In this document: piece after piece, positions 8,796 through 19,146 of the stretch | Numbering within the stretch: the stretch's first letter is position 1 | How the letters are laid out: each line of letters starts with the position of its first letter | From: an uncultured virus (IMG/VR IMGVR_UViG_3300042673_000188) | Taxonomy: Duplodnaviria; Heunggongvirae; Uroviricota; Caudoviricetes | IMG/VR virus record: IMGVR_UViG_3300042673_000188 | Length of the DNA: 64,000 nucleotides | Strand: one strand, 5' to 3' | Position numbers and translations under genes: made by a program | Notes under the pieces: generated by a model | What the model saw: the letters and a program-made list of their open reading frames with translations, nothing else | Databases searched by the model: none | Told to the model about the DNA's origin: nothing

Positions 8796-9185
8796 ATGGC
8801 TATAGTAAATCAAGTACAAAAAAAAGTGAGGATGGACTTATGGGAGATTGTAAAACTCCAATTCATCACTCATTGCTTTATAAAGAACATTAAAGTTTCT
8901 GATCTGGACTTGAGCTGCTTATCTATGCTTGCTATTTCTGGTGAAACAGAACTTACTGATTTTTGTAATACGGCTGCTGACAATAACATATTTGGTTGTA
9001 GTCAGTCAGTTAGAAATGCTGTTGCAAAGGCTGAGCGCAAAGGACTTATTGATTTTGTAAAGGTTGGAAAAAACCGTAAAAAAATCAAAATCTCTAAGGA
9101 AATTGTTGTGCAAACTACAGGTAATATTTTATTGGACTATAAATTTATAAGATTTGAACCCCAAGAAAGCAAAGGATCTGAGTAG
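8796..9185 (+). CDS. hypothetical protein, possible winged-helix DNA-binding
   Basis: 'SQSVRNAVAKAERKGLIDFVK' resembles a wHTH recognition helix plus wing. Confidence 0.55.
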   Translation: MAIVNQVQKKVRMDLWEIVKLQFITHCFIKNIKVSDLDLSCLSMLAISGETELTDFCNTAADNNIFGCSQSVRNAVAKAERKGLIDFVKVGKNRKKIKISKEIVVQTTGNILLDYKFIRFEPQESKGSE

Positions 9186-9534
9186 CGCTACAGCTAAAGC
9201 TCTTAAAAAAAGCCCTGATCTTGTAAAGGATGTTGTAGATTTCTACTGGGTACATGTAAGAAAAACCCTAGGAGAAATTGAGCATCCCTTTATAAGGTTA
9301 CCAAATCTCGGTACATTTACCCTTAGATATAACATCCTTAATAAGAAGATTGAGTCTGCTAAAAAGGAAGTAGCACAAGATCCCCCTAAAAGCTTTGTTA
9401 AATATAACATCTATAATAGTTATGTAGAAAAACTAAAGAGATATAACAGAGCTAAAGGAATTATGGATGAGTATATAGAAAAGAAAAACCAACATAAAAA
9501 TGATAAGCAAACTCAAAAAAATCTGGAAGACTAA
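9154..9534 (+). CDS. IHF/HU-like DNA-binding protein
   Basis: Two N-terminal helices then 'IRLPNLGTFTLR', the HU/IHF signature. IHF-like genes are typical of crAss-like capsid modules. Confidence 0.7.
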   Translation: MNPKKAKDLSSATAKALKKSPDLVKDVVDFYWVHVRKTLGEIEHPFIRLPNLGTFTLRYNILNKKIESAKKEVAQDPPKSFVKYNIYNSYVEKLKRYNRAKGIMDEYIEKKNQHKNDKQTQKNLED

Positions 9535-9826
9535 GTGGCTCATCTTAGAGGGAGTTTTTAATTACTATTTTACTCGCAAGAAGATTGAGAGAATTGCTAG
9601 TTACAGAAATGATATATGTAGTACGTGTCCTTTAATAGATCTTAAAGGTGATAAATGTGAGGTACCTGGAACTCAACCGTGTTGCAGTGATTGTGGCTGT
9701 TCCCTTAAATATAAAACTCGCAGTCTATCTTCAGCCTGTCCTAAAGGTAGATGGTTTGCAGTAATGAGTGAAGAAGAAGAGGATGATTTAAACGCTAAAC
9801 TAGAAACCGATGGCAATAGTATTTAA
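9500..9826 (+). CDS. Cys-rich Zn-finger protein
   Basis: 'RNDICSTCP...CCSDCGCSLKYKTRSLSSACPKGRW'. Confidence 0.75.
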   Translation: MISKLKKIWKTKWLILEGVFNYYFTRKKIERIASYRNDICSTCPLIDLKGDKCEVPGTQPCCSDCGCSLKYKTRSLSSACPKGRWFAVMSEEEEDDLNAKLETDGNSI

Positions 9827-10634
9827 ACCCGAGACACATAGTTATACAAGCATAGATACCAGTGATAATATCACATGGACTAGCGTAACAAGCATCATAT
9901 CTAAATATAAGAAACCTTTTGATGCTGATATTATAGCTGCTAAATCTGTTAAGAACAATTGGAGCAAATGGTATGGTATGACAGAAACTGATGTTAAAGA
10001 AGCTTGGAGAAATGAATCACAAAAAGCTGTTAATCTAGGCACATGGTATCATAACCAAAGAGAGCTTGCTTATACATCATGTAGCACTATAGAAAAAGAT
10101 GGTTGTATTATACCTATTTTTAAACCTATTGAAGTTGATGGGATTAAAAAGGCACCTGATCAAAAACTTGCAGATGGTATATATCCTGAGCATATGACGT
10201 ATCTTAAGAGTGCGGGACTATGTGGTCAAGCAGATAGAATAGAAGTAATTAACGGAAAGGTCAATATATATGATTACAAGACTAATAAAGAAATTAAGAC
10301 TGAGTCTTATGTTAATTGGGAAGGAGTTAGTGATAGAATGCTTGCTCCACTCCATCATTTGGATGATTGTAATCTTAACCATTATGCATTACAGTTAAGT
10401 TTCTATATGTATATGATTCTTAAACATAACCCTAGATTAAAGCCAGGGATGATGATTATAGAACACATATTGTTTGAGGAAGCTGGTAAAGATGCTTATG
10501 ATAATAGAGTTGTTTTATATGATCAGTTTGGTGAGCCTGTTGTGAGTGGAATAGTTGAATATGAGGTGCCTTACCTCAAAAATGAGGTGATTAGTATTAT
10601 AAATACAATGAGAAATGCTGGTAAAACTATTTGA
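9810..10634 (+). CDS. PD-(D/E)XK nuclease (Cas4/RecB-like)
   Basis: 'TSVTSII', 'GTWYH', 'CGQADRI', 'IYDYKT', 'YALQLSFY'. Confidence 0.85.
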   Translation: MAIVFKPETHSYTSIDTSDNITWTSVTSIISKYKKPFDADIIAAKSVKNNWSKWYGMTETDVKEAWRNESQKAVNLGTWYHNQRELAYTSCSTIEKDGCIIPIFKPIEVDGIKKAPDQKLADGIYPEHMTYLKSAGLCGQADRIEVINGKVNIYDYKTNKEIKTESYVNWEGVSDRMLAPLHHLDDCNLNHYALQLSFYMYMILKHNPRLKPGMMIIEHILFEEAGKDAYDNRVVLYDQFGEPVVSGIVEYEVPYLKNEVISIINTMRNAGKTI

Positions 10635-11136
10635 TATGCAAAATGGAGTGGTAGTTCCTAGTGAACACTGCTACACTATAAGTACTTTAAAGAAAATTAT
10701 GGATGACTATCCAGAGGATCATTTGAAGATATATCTGTATCTTTTTTATATGAGCTGTCCTAATCCAGATCTAAATCCTTTTTTCAATCTTGCAGAAGAT
10801 GACAAAGAAGAGATTATATTAGCTGAGATCAAAGCGGAATTTAGTCCTGAGGATGATGGTATTCCAGGAGCTTTACAGCTTTGTAAGAAGCTTTATGAGA
10901 CACCAACTATGAGAGCTTATAATGGTATTAAACAAATGCTTGATAGGCTGGCTAACTATATGGGTACAACAAGTATTACAGATGGTAGAGATGGTAATCT
11001 TACGGCTCTTACAAATACAGCGGCTAAGTTTCAACAAATTAGAGAAGCTTATAAAGGTGCTTATAAAGACCTTCAAGAAGAACAAGCAGGTCGTGCGCGC
11101 GGGGGTGCTGGACTTGCTTATGACCAAATGACTTAA
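10615..11136 (+). CDS. conserved protein upstream of TerL (terminase small subunit candidate)
   Basis: 173-aa helical protein immediately upstream of terL. The function is inferred from position only. Confidence 0.5.
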   Translation: MLVKLFDMQNGVVVPSEHCYTISTLKKIMDDYPEDHLKIYLYLFYMSCPNPDLNPFFNLAEDDKEEIILAEIKAEFSPEDDGIPGALQLCKKLYETPTMRAYNGIKQMLDRLANYMGTTSITDGRDGNLTALTNTAAKFQQIREAYKGAYKDLQEEQAGRARGGAGLAYDQMT

Positions 11137-11137
11137 T

Positions 11138-13351
11138 ATGCTACAACAAACAGATATAGAAATTCCTACATGGGAAAATGGAGAGTGGTCAATGACCCTC
11201 TTTGCTACTCATGATGATTTTAGAGATTTTGTTTTTAGCATATTTAAAGAGCCGGGTCAATATCAGTTTGATGAAACAAGTCTTGTATTCAATGCTGAGG
11301 CAAGAAACTTTAATGCTAAAGGTTTTTATTGTCAATTTCCTCAGGGTACTAAAGACTACATACAATACTGGAATGATCAAAAAGATAAATGTCGTTTAGG
11401 AGCTATATATAAAAATAATGGCAATGCCTGGTATATACCACGTGACTATTATATGTGGTTAAACTTCTTACCTATCTTTAATAAAGAGATTCAAAAATAT
11501 GGTTTTGCTGATGTCAGAGATGCTCAGTATCATATGGCGTTATATGAGATGCTGGCTGAATTAAACTTTAAACATGCCGCCATATTAAAGAAACGTCAAA
11601 TTGCATCATCCTATTATCATGCTGGTAAGTTTATAAATCAGATCTGGTTTGAGGAAGGGGTTACTCTTAAAATGGGAGCTAGTCTTAAAGACTATATTAA
11701 TGAGAAAGGAACTTGGAAATTCTTAAATGAATACGAGGCTTTTTTAAATCAACACACTGCCTGGTACCGCCCTATGAATCCTAATAAGGTTATGATGTGG
11801 CAACAGAAGATTGAGATAACCACAGGTATTCAGAAACGTAAAACAGAAATAGGTCTTAAAGGTGTACTCCAGGGTATGTCTTTTGAGAAAGATCCTACCA
11901 ATGGTGTAGGGGGACCGTGCAGGTATTTTTTCCATGAGGAAGCAGGTATTGCTCCTAAGATGGATACAACATTTGAGTACATACGCCCTGCTATGAAATC
12001 AGGATTCATGACTACGGGAATGTTTATTGCTGCAGGTTCTGTAGGAGATTTGTCTCAGTGTGAGCCTTTACGTAAAATGATTATCAGGCCTGATGCTAAT
12101 GATATATATGCAGTAGAATCAAGATTAATTGATGAGACCGGTGTGCATGGTAGAACAGGTTTGTTTATTCCTGAACAATGGTCAATGCCCCCATTTATAG
12201 ATTCTTTTGGTAACTCTAAAGTAGAAGAAGCTCTTGTTGCATTGGATGAACAATTTGCGGCATGGAAAAGAGAATTAGATCCGGCAGAATATCAGCTTCG
12301 TATATCACAGCATCCTAGAAATATTAAAGAAGCTTTTGATTTTAGAACAGCATCTGCATTTCCTCAGCATTTGGTTGTTGCTCAAATGAGAAGAATTGAA
12401 GAAAAGATTTATCCTTATGAGCACCTTGAGATATATAAAGATGAGAATGGTAAGATAACTGCAAAGGAGACTAACAAATTACCTATCAAGGATTTTCCTA
12501 TTACAAAAGACACAGAGGATAAAACAGGATGTGTTGTTGTATATGAAAGACCCTGCAAGGATCCTGAATTTGGGATGTATTATGCATCTGTCGATCCCGT
12601 GGGAGAAGGTAAAACTACTACATCAGAGTCCTTGTGCGCCATCTATGTGTATAAAACATCTGTAGAAGTAACAAGGAGAGACGGTGATGAGGTAGAGACT
12701 GCTATTGAGCAGGATAAACTAGTAGCTGCTTGGTGTGGCCGCTTTGATGATATCAATAAAACACATGAGAGATTAGAACTTATTATTGAGTGGTACAATG
12801 CCTGGACTATTGTTGAGAATAATATTCCACAGTTTATCACACATATGATTAACCGTAAGAAGCAAAAGTATTTAGTTCCAAGACAGCAGATTCTATTCTT
12901 GAAAGATATAGGAGCTAACGCTAATGTATTCCAGGAATACGGCTGGCGTAATACAGGGACTTTATTTAAAAGTCATATGGTAAGTTATGCTATTGAATTC
13001 TTACGTGAGGAGCTACATGAAGAAACAACAGCTGATGGTAAAGTAGTTAAGACTACCTATGGTATAGAGCGTATACCAGACATCATGTTGCTTAAAGAAA
13101 TGCAAGCTTATAGAGAAGGAGTTAACGTAGATAGACTTGTAGCTTTTGCTGCTTTAGTAGCTTTTGCAAAAGTTCAACAAGCAAATAGAGGTTATAAAAA
13201 AAGATTTGAAGATAGCGGTAAACCAAAAAGCTTGGATAACAACGATAAATTCAGTAAATTGAATATGAGCCCTTTCCGTCATATTGGTGGGGGTGACAAG
13301 AGCTTTAGTGGTATGAAGTTACCAAGAAGTCCATTTAAAAATTTTAGATAA
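11138..13351 (+). CDS. terL: terminase large subunit
   Basis: Walker A-like 'LKKRQIASSY', Walker B 'FFHEEAG', RNase H-like 'YASVDP', 'ENN' and 'NVDRL'. Followed by the portal gene. Confidence 0.92.
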   Translation: MLQQTDIEIPTWENGEWSMTLFATHDDFRDFVFSIFKEPGQYQFDETSLVFNAEARNFNAKGFYCQFPQGTKDYIQYWNDQKDKCRLGAIYKNNGNAWYIPRDYYMWLNFLPIFNKEIQKYGFADVRDAQYHMALYEMLAELNFKHAAILKKRQIASSYYHAGKFINQIWFEEGVTLKMGASLKDYINEKGTWKFLNEYEAFLNQHTAWYRPMNPNKVMMWQQKIEITTGIQKRKTEIGLKGVLQGMSFEKDPTNGVGGPCRYFFHEEAGIAPKMDTTFEYIRPAMKSGFMTTGMFIAAGSVGDLSQCEPLRKMIIRPDANDIYAVESRLIDETGVHGRTGLFIPEQWSMPPFIDSFGNSKVEEALVALDEQFAAWKRELDPAEYQLRISQHPRNIKEAFDFRTASAFPQHLVVAQMRRIEEKIYPYEHLEIYKDENGKITAKETNKLPIKDFPITKDTEDKTGCVVVYERPCKDPEFGMYYASVDPVGEGKTTTSESLCAIYVYKTSVEVTRRDGDEVETAIEQDKLVAAWCGRFDDINKTHERLELIIEWYNAWTIVENNIPQFITHMINRKKQKYLVPRQQILFLKDIGANANVFQEYGWRNTGTLFKSHMVSYAIEFLREELHEETTADGKVVKTTYGIERIPDIMLLKEMQAYREGVNVDRLVAFAALVAFAKVQQANRGYKKRFEDSGKPKSLDNNDKFSKLNMSPFRHIGGGDKSFSGMKLPRSPFKNFR
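13231..13266 (+). promoter_or_regulatory. putative internal late-type promoter for the portal gene
   Basis: CTTG (13231), 20-nt spacer, TAAATTGAATAT (13255), inside the 3' end of terL. Confidence 0.4.
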
Positions 13352-13356
13352 AAGAT

Positions 13357-16092
13357 ATGCAGATATTTAATGCAATGCAAGTTAAGGCTGGTGCCAAGGT
13401 TGAGTACAACAAAATGGGTACTCTTAATCAGCCTATTCAGTTTTTGCCACGTTCCAAAAAAGATGAAGCTTGGGCTGCATGGAACCTTGACTGGTTGGAA
13501 TGGGAAGGATTAAAACAAATCCGTCGCAATGCTCGCCGCCTTATGAAGAACTATAAGCTGGCTAAAGGTATCATAGATAAAACCGACTATATCATAGAGC
13601 AGGATAATGAGTATGCCGACATGATAGAAGTTCTTACAAAAGAAGATACTTCAGCATTAGAGCTTAAGTTTTATCCTATTATTCCTAGTGTAATTAATAC
13701 ACTTGTTGCTGAATTTTCTAAGAGAAGTACAAAGGTTATATTTAAAGCTGTTGATGATATTTCATATAATGAAGAATTAGAGGCTAAGAGAACTGAAGTA
13801 GAGCAGTTATTGTTAAAACAAGCAGAGTTGAAGGTTAAAACTAATCTTCAAAATATGGGATATGATATTGATGAAAAACAATATCAAGATGTACTATCGC
13901 CAGATAAACTTAAAACATTACCTGAGATACAGAACTTTTTTCAGAAAAGTTATACAGGTATAGTAGAGCAATGGGCTACTCACCAACACTTGAATGATAT
14001 TGAGAGATTTCACATGGAAGAACTTGAAGAAAGAGCTTTCCGTGATATGCTTATTACTGACCGTGAGTTCTGGCACTTTAAGATGATGGAGGACGACTAT
14101 AATATTGAGTTATGGAATCCAGTATTAACATTCTACCATAAATCACCAGACACACGTTATATATCAGAGGGAAGTTGGGCTGGTAAGTTTGATATGATGT
14201 CTGTTGCTGATGTAGTTGACAAGTATGGGTGGTTGATGAATGAGGATCAGCTTAAATCATTAGAGCTTATATATCCTGTGCGCTCTGCGGGATATCCTAT
14301 CCAGGGATATCAGAATGATGGTAGTTACTATGATGGCACTAAATCACATGAGTGGAATACAGAAATGCCATCTCTTGGTTACCGTCAATATACATCCATG
14401 TGGCAAAATTCTACAGTAGGTGGAGATATTGTTAAATGGATTATGAGTGAGTCAGAGGATTTCTTTGACATGGGATTAACAGATATGCTTCGTGTAACTA
14501 CAGTATATTGGAAATCGCAGCGTCGTGTAGGGCACTTAACCAAGATTGATGATCTTGGTAATGCATCACATGAAGTTATTACAGAAGACTATCAGGTTGT
14601 AGATAAACCTGTCTATGATACTAACCTTATTAAAAATAAGACCAAAAATAATCTAATGTTTGGTGAACATATAGATTGGATCTGGATCAATGAGGTTTGG
14701 GGTGGAGTTAAGATTGGCCCTCACGCGCCATCTTTCTGGGGAACTAAATCTCCCGGAGGTATTAATCCTATATATTTAGGTGTGAACCAAAATGCAATCA
14801 AGCCAATAAAGTTTCAATTTAAAGGAGACAACTCTCTGTATGGTTGTAAACTTCCTATTGAGGGCTCCGTATTCTCTGACCGTAATACAAGATCTACTTC
14901 CCTAATTGATTTAATGAAGCCATTTCAGATTGGCTACAACATTGTAAATAACCAGATTGCAGATATATTAATAGATGAACTGGGAACAGTTATCTTATTG
15001 GATCAGAATGCTTTACCTAAACATTCTCTTGGAGAAGACTGGGGTAAGAATGCTTATGCAAAAGCATATGTTGCAATGAAGAATTTTCAGATCTTACCCT
15101 TAGATACATCTATCAGTAATACAGAAAATCCACTTGCCTTCCAGCACTATCAGAAACTTGACCTTGAGCAAACTAACCGCTTAATGTCTCGTATTCAGTT
15201 GGCTAATTACTTTAAGATGCAAGCTTTTGAGACAATAGGTATTACTCCGCAACGGATGGGACAACAGTTATCACAAGAAACTGCAACAGGTGTTGAACAA
15301 GCTGTAAACTCATCTTATGCTCAAACTGAAATATATTTTATACAGCACTGTGATTATTTAATGCCACGTGTACACTCTATGCGTACAGATTTATCCCAGT
15401 ATTATCACAGTACCAAACCCTCGGTACGCTTACAATATATAACAACAGCTGAAGAAAAAGCTAACTTTGAGATTAACGGTACTGATCTAATGCTCAGAGA
15501 CTTTAATGTATATTGCACAACGCGCTCTAACCAAAGAGCATTACTAGATCAGCTTAAACAATTAGCTATTCAGAATAATACAACTAATGCGTCAATCTAT
15601 GATCTTGGTAATATTATGAAGTCTGAGTCTATTGCCGAAGTTACTAATGTACTTAAAGCTACTGAGATTAAATCTGAGCAAAAGCGTAAAGAAGAAATGC
15701 AACAGCAACAACAAATGCAAGATCAAGCTATCAAAGCTAAACAAGATGAAGCTAAGCAGAAGATGGAGTTTGAGTCTGCTGAGAATGAGAAAAATCGTCA
15801 AGCTGATATTCTACAAGCTCAGATCAAATCTGCAGGCTTTGGCTCAATGAAAGACATCAATGAGAACAAGCAAAGTGACTATGTTGATGCTATGGACAAA
15901 CTTCAGAATACTGAGTTATATAGACAAAACACTCAGATTCAACAAGATAAGGAAGTTTCAAGAGCTTCACAGGCATCTACTAAACTAGACCTTGAAAAAG
16001 AGAAACTTGCTACTCAAAAAGATATTGCGATGACCAAGCTGCAAATTGCTAGAGAGAACAAAAATAGATTTGATGCTGGAGCAGAAGAGTAG
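13357..16092 (+). CDS. portal protein
   Basis: 911 aa after TerL, with 'YPIIPSVINTLVAE', 'SLIDLMKPFQIGYNIV', 'IGITPQRMGQ' and a Q/K-rich coiled-coil barrel at the C-terminus, as in P22-like/crAss portals. Confidence 0.9.
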   Translation: MQIFNAMQVKAGAKVEYNKMGTLNQPIQFLPRSKKDEAWAAWNLDWLEWEGLKQIRRNARRLMKNYKLAKGIIDKTDYIIEQDNEYADMIEVLTKEDTSALELKFYPIIPSVINTLVAEFSKRSTKVIFKAVDDISYNEELEAKRTEVEQLLLKQAELKVKTNLQNMGYDIDEKQYQDVLSPDKLKTLPEIQNFFQKSYTGIVEQWATHQHLNDIERFHMEELEERAFRDMLITDREFWHFKMMEDDYNIELWNPVLTFYHKSPDTRYISEGSWAGKFDMMSVADVVDKYGWLMNEDQLKSLELIYPVRSAGYPIQGYQNDGSYYDGTKSHEWNTEMPSLGYRQYTSMWQNSTVGGDIVKWIMSESEDFFDMGLTDMLRVTTVYWKSQRRVGHLTKIDDLGNASHEVITEDYQVVDKPVYDTNLIKNKTKNNLMFGEHIDWIWINEVWGGVKIGPHAPSFWGTKSPGGINPIYLGVNQNAIKPIKFQFKGDNSLYGCKLPIEGSVFSDRNTRSTSLIDLMKPFQIGYNIVNNQIADILIDELGTVILLDQNALPKHSLGEDWGKNAYAKAYVAMKNFQILPLDTSISNTENPLAFQHYQKLDLEQTNRLMSRIQLANYFKMQAFETIGITPQRMGQQLSQETATGVEQAVNSSYAQTEIYFIQHCDYLMPRVHSMRTDLSQYYHSTKPSVRLQYITTAEEKANFEINGTDLMLRDFNVYCTTRSNQRALLDQLKQLAIQNNTTNASIYDLGNIMKSESIAEVTNVLKATEIKSEQKRKEEMQQQQQMQDQAIKAKQDEAKQKMEFESAENEKNRQADILQAQIKSAGFGSMKDINENKQSDYVDAMDKLQNTELYRQNTQIQQDKEVSRASQASTKLDLEKEKLATQKDIAMTKLQIARENKNRFDAGAEE

Positions 16093-16190
16093 CCATTAGC
16101 TATATGATCAACTTTAATTTTTGAGATTTTAAAATCTTAAAAGTTTAAATGAATACTTTTGCCTATATTAATATTATAAACCAACAAACA

Positions 16191-17408
16191 ATGAGCTTAG
16201 ATAATATAAATACCGATGTTACGGAAGTAGCACAAGTAGAAATGAACCTAGATGAAATTCTAGGAACACCGGGTGCAGAAAGCGTTGTGCTCCCTGAGAA
16301 AGAAACAAAGCCTAGTATTTTTAGTCCTAGGAATGAAGATCTTTCTTTTATTGACAATCCTGAGGATGAAGAAGATCCACAGGGACAGAAAGCACCAGAA
16401 TCTATTGATGATATTCTAAAAGACATTGATCCTGTTATGGCTTCAGATGATGAATCTGAAACTAAAAAATCAGGAGGTCGCCCTAAGCTTGACAAAAGCG
16501 GAATGGCTGAGGTAATGAATAAGCTTATTGAGAAGGGACAAATTGTACCTTTTGATGATGATAAGTCTCTTGATGAATATTCAATTAAAGATTTTGAAGA
16601 GCTTTTAGAAGCCAACTTCAGTGAAAGAGAAAATAGAATACGTCAGGAAACACCTGTAGAATTCTTTGAAGCTCTTCCAGAGGAACTTCAAGCTGCTGCT
16701 AAATATGTAGCAGATGGCGGTGATGACTTAAAAGGATTATTTAAAGTACTTGCTCAAGTTGAGGAAGTAAGAGAATTAAATCCTAAGAAAGCAGATGACC
16801 AAGAGCAGATAGTACGTGAGTACTTGAGAGCTACAAACTTTGGTACTACCGCTGATATTGAAGAAGAAATTGAAGACTGGAGAGATCGTGGTGATCTAGA
16901 AGCTAAGGCATTAAAGTTCAAACCAAAGTTGGACAAAATGCAAGAATCTGTTGTTGCTCAAAAGCTTGCTCAACAAGAGCAAATAAGATCACAACAACAG
17001 GAAGCTGCTAAAGCATATGTACATAATGTATATACAACTTTACAGCCTGGTGAACTTAATGGAATTAAGTTAGATAAGAAGACACAGGGTATGTTATATG
17101 CTGGTCTTGTACAACCTAACTACCCATCTATGTCAGGTAAACCTACAAATATGTTAGGTCACTTGCTAGAGAAACACCAATATGTAGAACCAAACTACCC
17201 ATTGATTGCTGAGGCACTTTGGTTATTAGCTGATCCTGTAGGATACAGAAATAAGATAAAGGACAGCGGCAAGAATGAGCAAGTAGAAAAAACTGTGCGT
17301 CAGTTGAAAAGTGAAGAAGCTCGTAAAACATCTAGTACTCCGGTAGTAGAAAGAGAGGAGAAAGTTCAACGCCGCATACCTAGAAATGATAACTTTTTTA
17401 AACGATAA
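16191..17408 (+). CDS. acidic scaffold-like protein (crAss gene between portal and MCP)
   Basis: Very acidic N-terminus and helical C-terminus, in the portal-X-MCP position. Start ATG 16191 follows the leader AAACCAACAAACA. Confidence 0.7.
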   Translation: MSLDNINTDVTEVAQVEMNLDEILGTPGAESVVLPEKETKPSIFSPRNEDLSFIDNPEDEEDPQGQKAPESIDDILKDIDPVMASDDESETKKSGGRPKLDKSGMAEVMNKLIEKGQIVPFDDDKSLDEYSIKDFEELLEANFSERENRIRQETPVEFFEALPEELQAAAKYVADGGDDLKGLFKVLAQVEEVRELNPKKADDQEQIVREYLRATNFGTTADIEEEIEDWRDRGDLEAKALKFKPKLDKMQESVVAQKLAQQEQIRSQQQEAAKAYVHNVYTTLQPGELNGIKLDKKTQGMLYAGLVQPNYPSMSGKPTNMLGHLLEKHQYVEPNYPLIAEALWLLADPVGYRNKIKDSGKNEQVEKTVRQLKSEEARKTSSTPVVEREEKVQRRIPRNDNFFKR

Positions 17409-17440
17409 ATTAACTTAACCCTTAAATAAATAAAAAAAAC

Positions 17441-19060
17441 ATGGCAACTCCAGTTTTAAACAATGGTATATTTCTGCGGGATACCAGCTACACCGCTAGC
17501 TCACACGTAGATTCTTACCACTTGGTTAACATGCTCAAGAACTCTGAACCTATGGATTTAGGACCAGTAGATCTTTGGGCAATGGCGCAAAAGGTAGAAA
17601 TGCCTTTGTACCAAATGTCTAGCTTTGGTGGAAAGAATGTAATTAATGTTGACAATGCTCGTGGAGAGTACAAGTGGCAAACACCAGTTGTATTAGATCT
17701 TCCTTACATTGTTGATGATGTAGAATTAGATGGCGCTACAACAGTAGGTGCTGATGGTACTACATTTAGAATCAAATTGTCACGTCGTGAATTTGGACAT
17801 GGTGATATCATCACTTATGACAAGTACAACGGTGCTGAGATGTACATTACTGTAGATGACATTGTTCCTCTAGGTGATGGTTTCTTGTACACTGTACAAT
17901 TGGTAAACAATGATAGCTCTTTCTCGTTATCAACTAACTATCTTGTACCAGGTACTAAAATCTTCCGTAAAGGTTCTGCTCGTGGTGAGTACGGAGAGCG
18001 TTTCTCTGACATCACTACTGCTACTGGTTTCCGTGAATTCTACAACTTTGTAGGAGGAACTGAAGCTCACGTACACTATTCTGTATCTTCTCGTGCTGAC
18101 CTTATGCTTAAGGGTGGTATGAATGCTGATGGTACTGTACCTGTAGTAGAGATCTGGCGTAACTTTGACAAAAACATGGATCCATCTGTAGCTAACCTAG
18201 ATACTATGGTTTCGCGTATGGGTAAGGATTATGTTAAGCGTGCTATGTCTAACGGATCTTTAAGCCGCACTTTCTTAACTGCAATGGAAGCAGCTCACTT
18301 GGCTAAAGTTGCAAATGACATCGAGACTTACTTAATGTGGGGACAAGGTGGTCGTGTGCGTCAAGACGGTCCAGATGACTTGCGTTTATCTGTGGGTCTT
18401 TGGAAGCAATTGGACAACTCATTTAAGCGCGTATATAACAAGTCTGGTTTTAACCTTGACTTATTCCGTTCTGAATTGTATAACTTCTACGCTGGTAAGG
18501 TTGACTTCCAAGGTCCAGATCCTAAGCGTCAGTTGATTGTACAAACAGGTATGGGTGGTATGCGTATGGTTAATGAGGCAATCAAGCGTGAAGCAATGTC
18601 TTCAGGTTTGTTGATCCAAGCTGCTGACATCGGAGCAATCACTGGTCAAGGTATGGACTTGAACTTTGGATTTGCTTACACTTCTTATGTTATCCCATTC
18701 TTGGCTAACGTGAAGTTTGTGCTTAACCCAGCGTTTGACAACTTACATACTAATGACATTGAAAACCCAATCATTGATGGTTTCCCATTGTCTTCTTATA
18801 GCTTCATCATCTTTGATATCACAGATAATACTAATGACAACATCTTCTTGTTGAAATTATCTTGGGATAATCAATTAAAGTGGTGGTACCAAAACGGAAC
18901 TATGGATTACATGGGACGTAGCCAAGGCTTTGCGTCTTCTGGACAATTCAATGGATACCGTGTATACATGACACAAACAATGCCTGCAATCTGGGTTAAA
19001 GACCCAACCAAAGTATTGAAAATTGTTATGCGTAACCCAATCACTGGCGGATCATTCTAA
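17441..19060 (+). CDS. major capsid protein (crAss-like, HK97 fold)
   Basis: 539 aa with strongly biased (highly expressed) codons. Position is terL-portal-X-MCP, followed by a terminator. Contains 'ETYLMWG' and 'GLWKQL'. Confidence 0.88.
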   Translation: MATPVLNNGIFLRDTSYTASSHVDSYHLVNMLKNSEPMDLGPVDLWAMAQKVEMPLYQMSSFGGKNVINVDNARGEYKWQTPVVLDLPYIVDDVELDGATTVGADGTTFRIKLSRREFGHGDIITYDKYNGAEMYITVDDIVPLGDGFLYTVQLVNNDSSFSLSTNYLVPGTKIFRKGSARGEYGERFSDITTATGFREFYNFVGGTEAHVHYSVSSRADLMLKGGMNADGTVPVVEIWRNFDKNMDPSVANLDTMVSRMGKDYVKRAMSNGSLSRTFLTAMEAAHLAKVANDIETYLMWGQGGRVRQDGPDDLRLSVGLWKQLDNSFKRVYNKSGFNLDLFRSELYNFYAGKVDFQGPDPKRQLIVQTGMGGMRMVNEAIKREAMSSGLLIQAADIGAITGQGMDLNFGFAYTSYVIPFLANVKFVLNPAFDNLHTNDIENPIIDGFPLSSYSFIIFDITDNTNDNIFLLKLSWDNQLKWWYQNGTMDYMGRSQGFASSGQFNGYRVYMTQTMPAIWVKDPTKVLKIVMRNPITGGSF

Positions 19061-19075
19061 TCTTAAATAATCTGT

Positions 19076-19106
19076 AAAAGGGGGAGGTTAAAATCTCCCC
19101 CTTTTT
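19076..19106 (+). terminator. intrinsic terminator after MCP
   Basis: AAAAGGGGGAG...CTCCCCCTTTTT hairpin. Confidence 0.85.
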
Positions 19107-19146
19107 ACTATCTTTACAAAACCAATAAAAAATAAAACCAACAAAC

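Noticed and set aside
9810..10634. Cas4 as part of a CRISPR system
   Set aside because: There are no cas neighbours or array, and it lacks the Cas4 C-terminal Cys cluster. It is a standalone phage PD-(D/E)XK nuclease.
11138..19060. Introns or inteins in terL, portal or MCP
   Set aside because: The ORFs are continuous and of expected length, with no intein C/HN-C/S/T ends or LAGLIDADG motifs seen.
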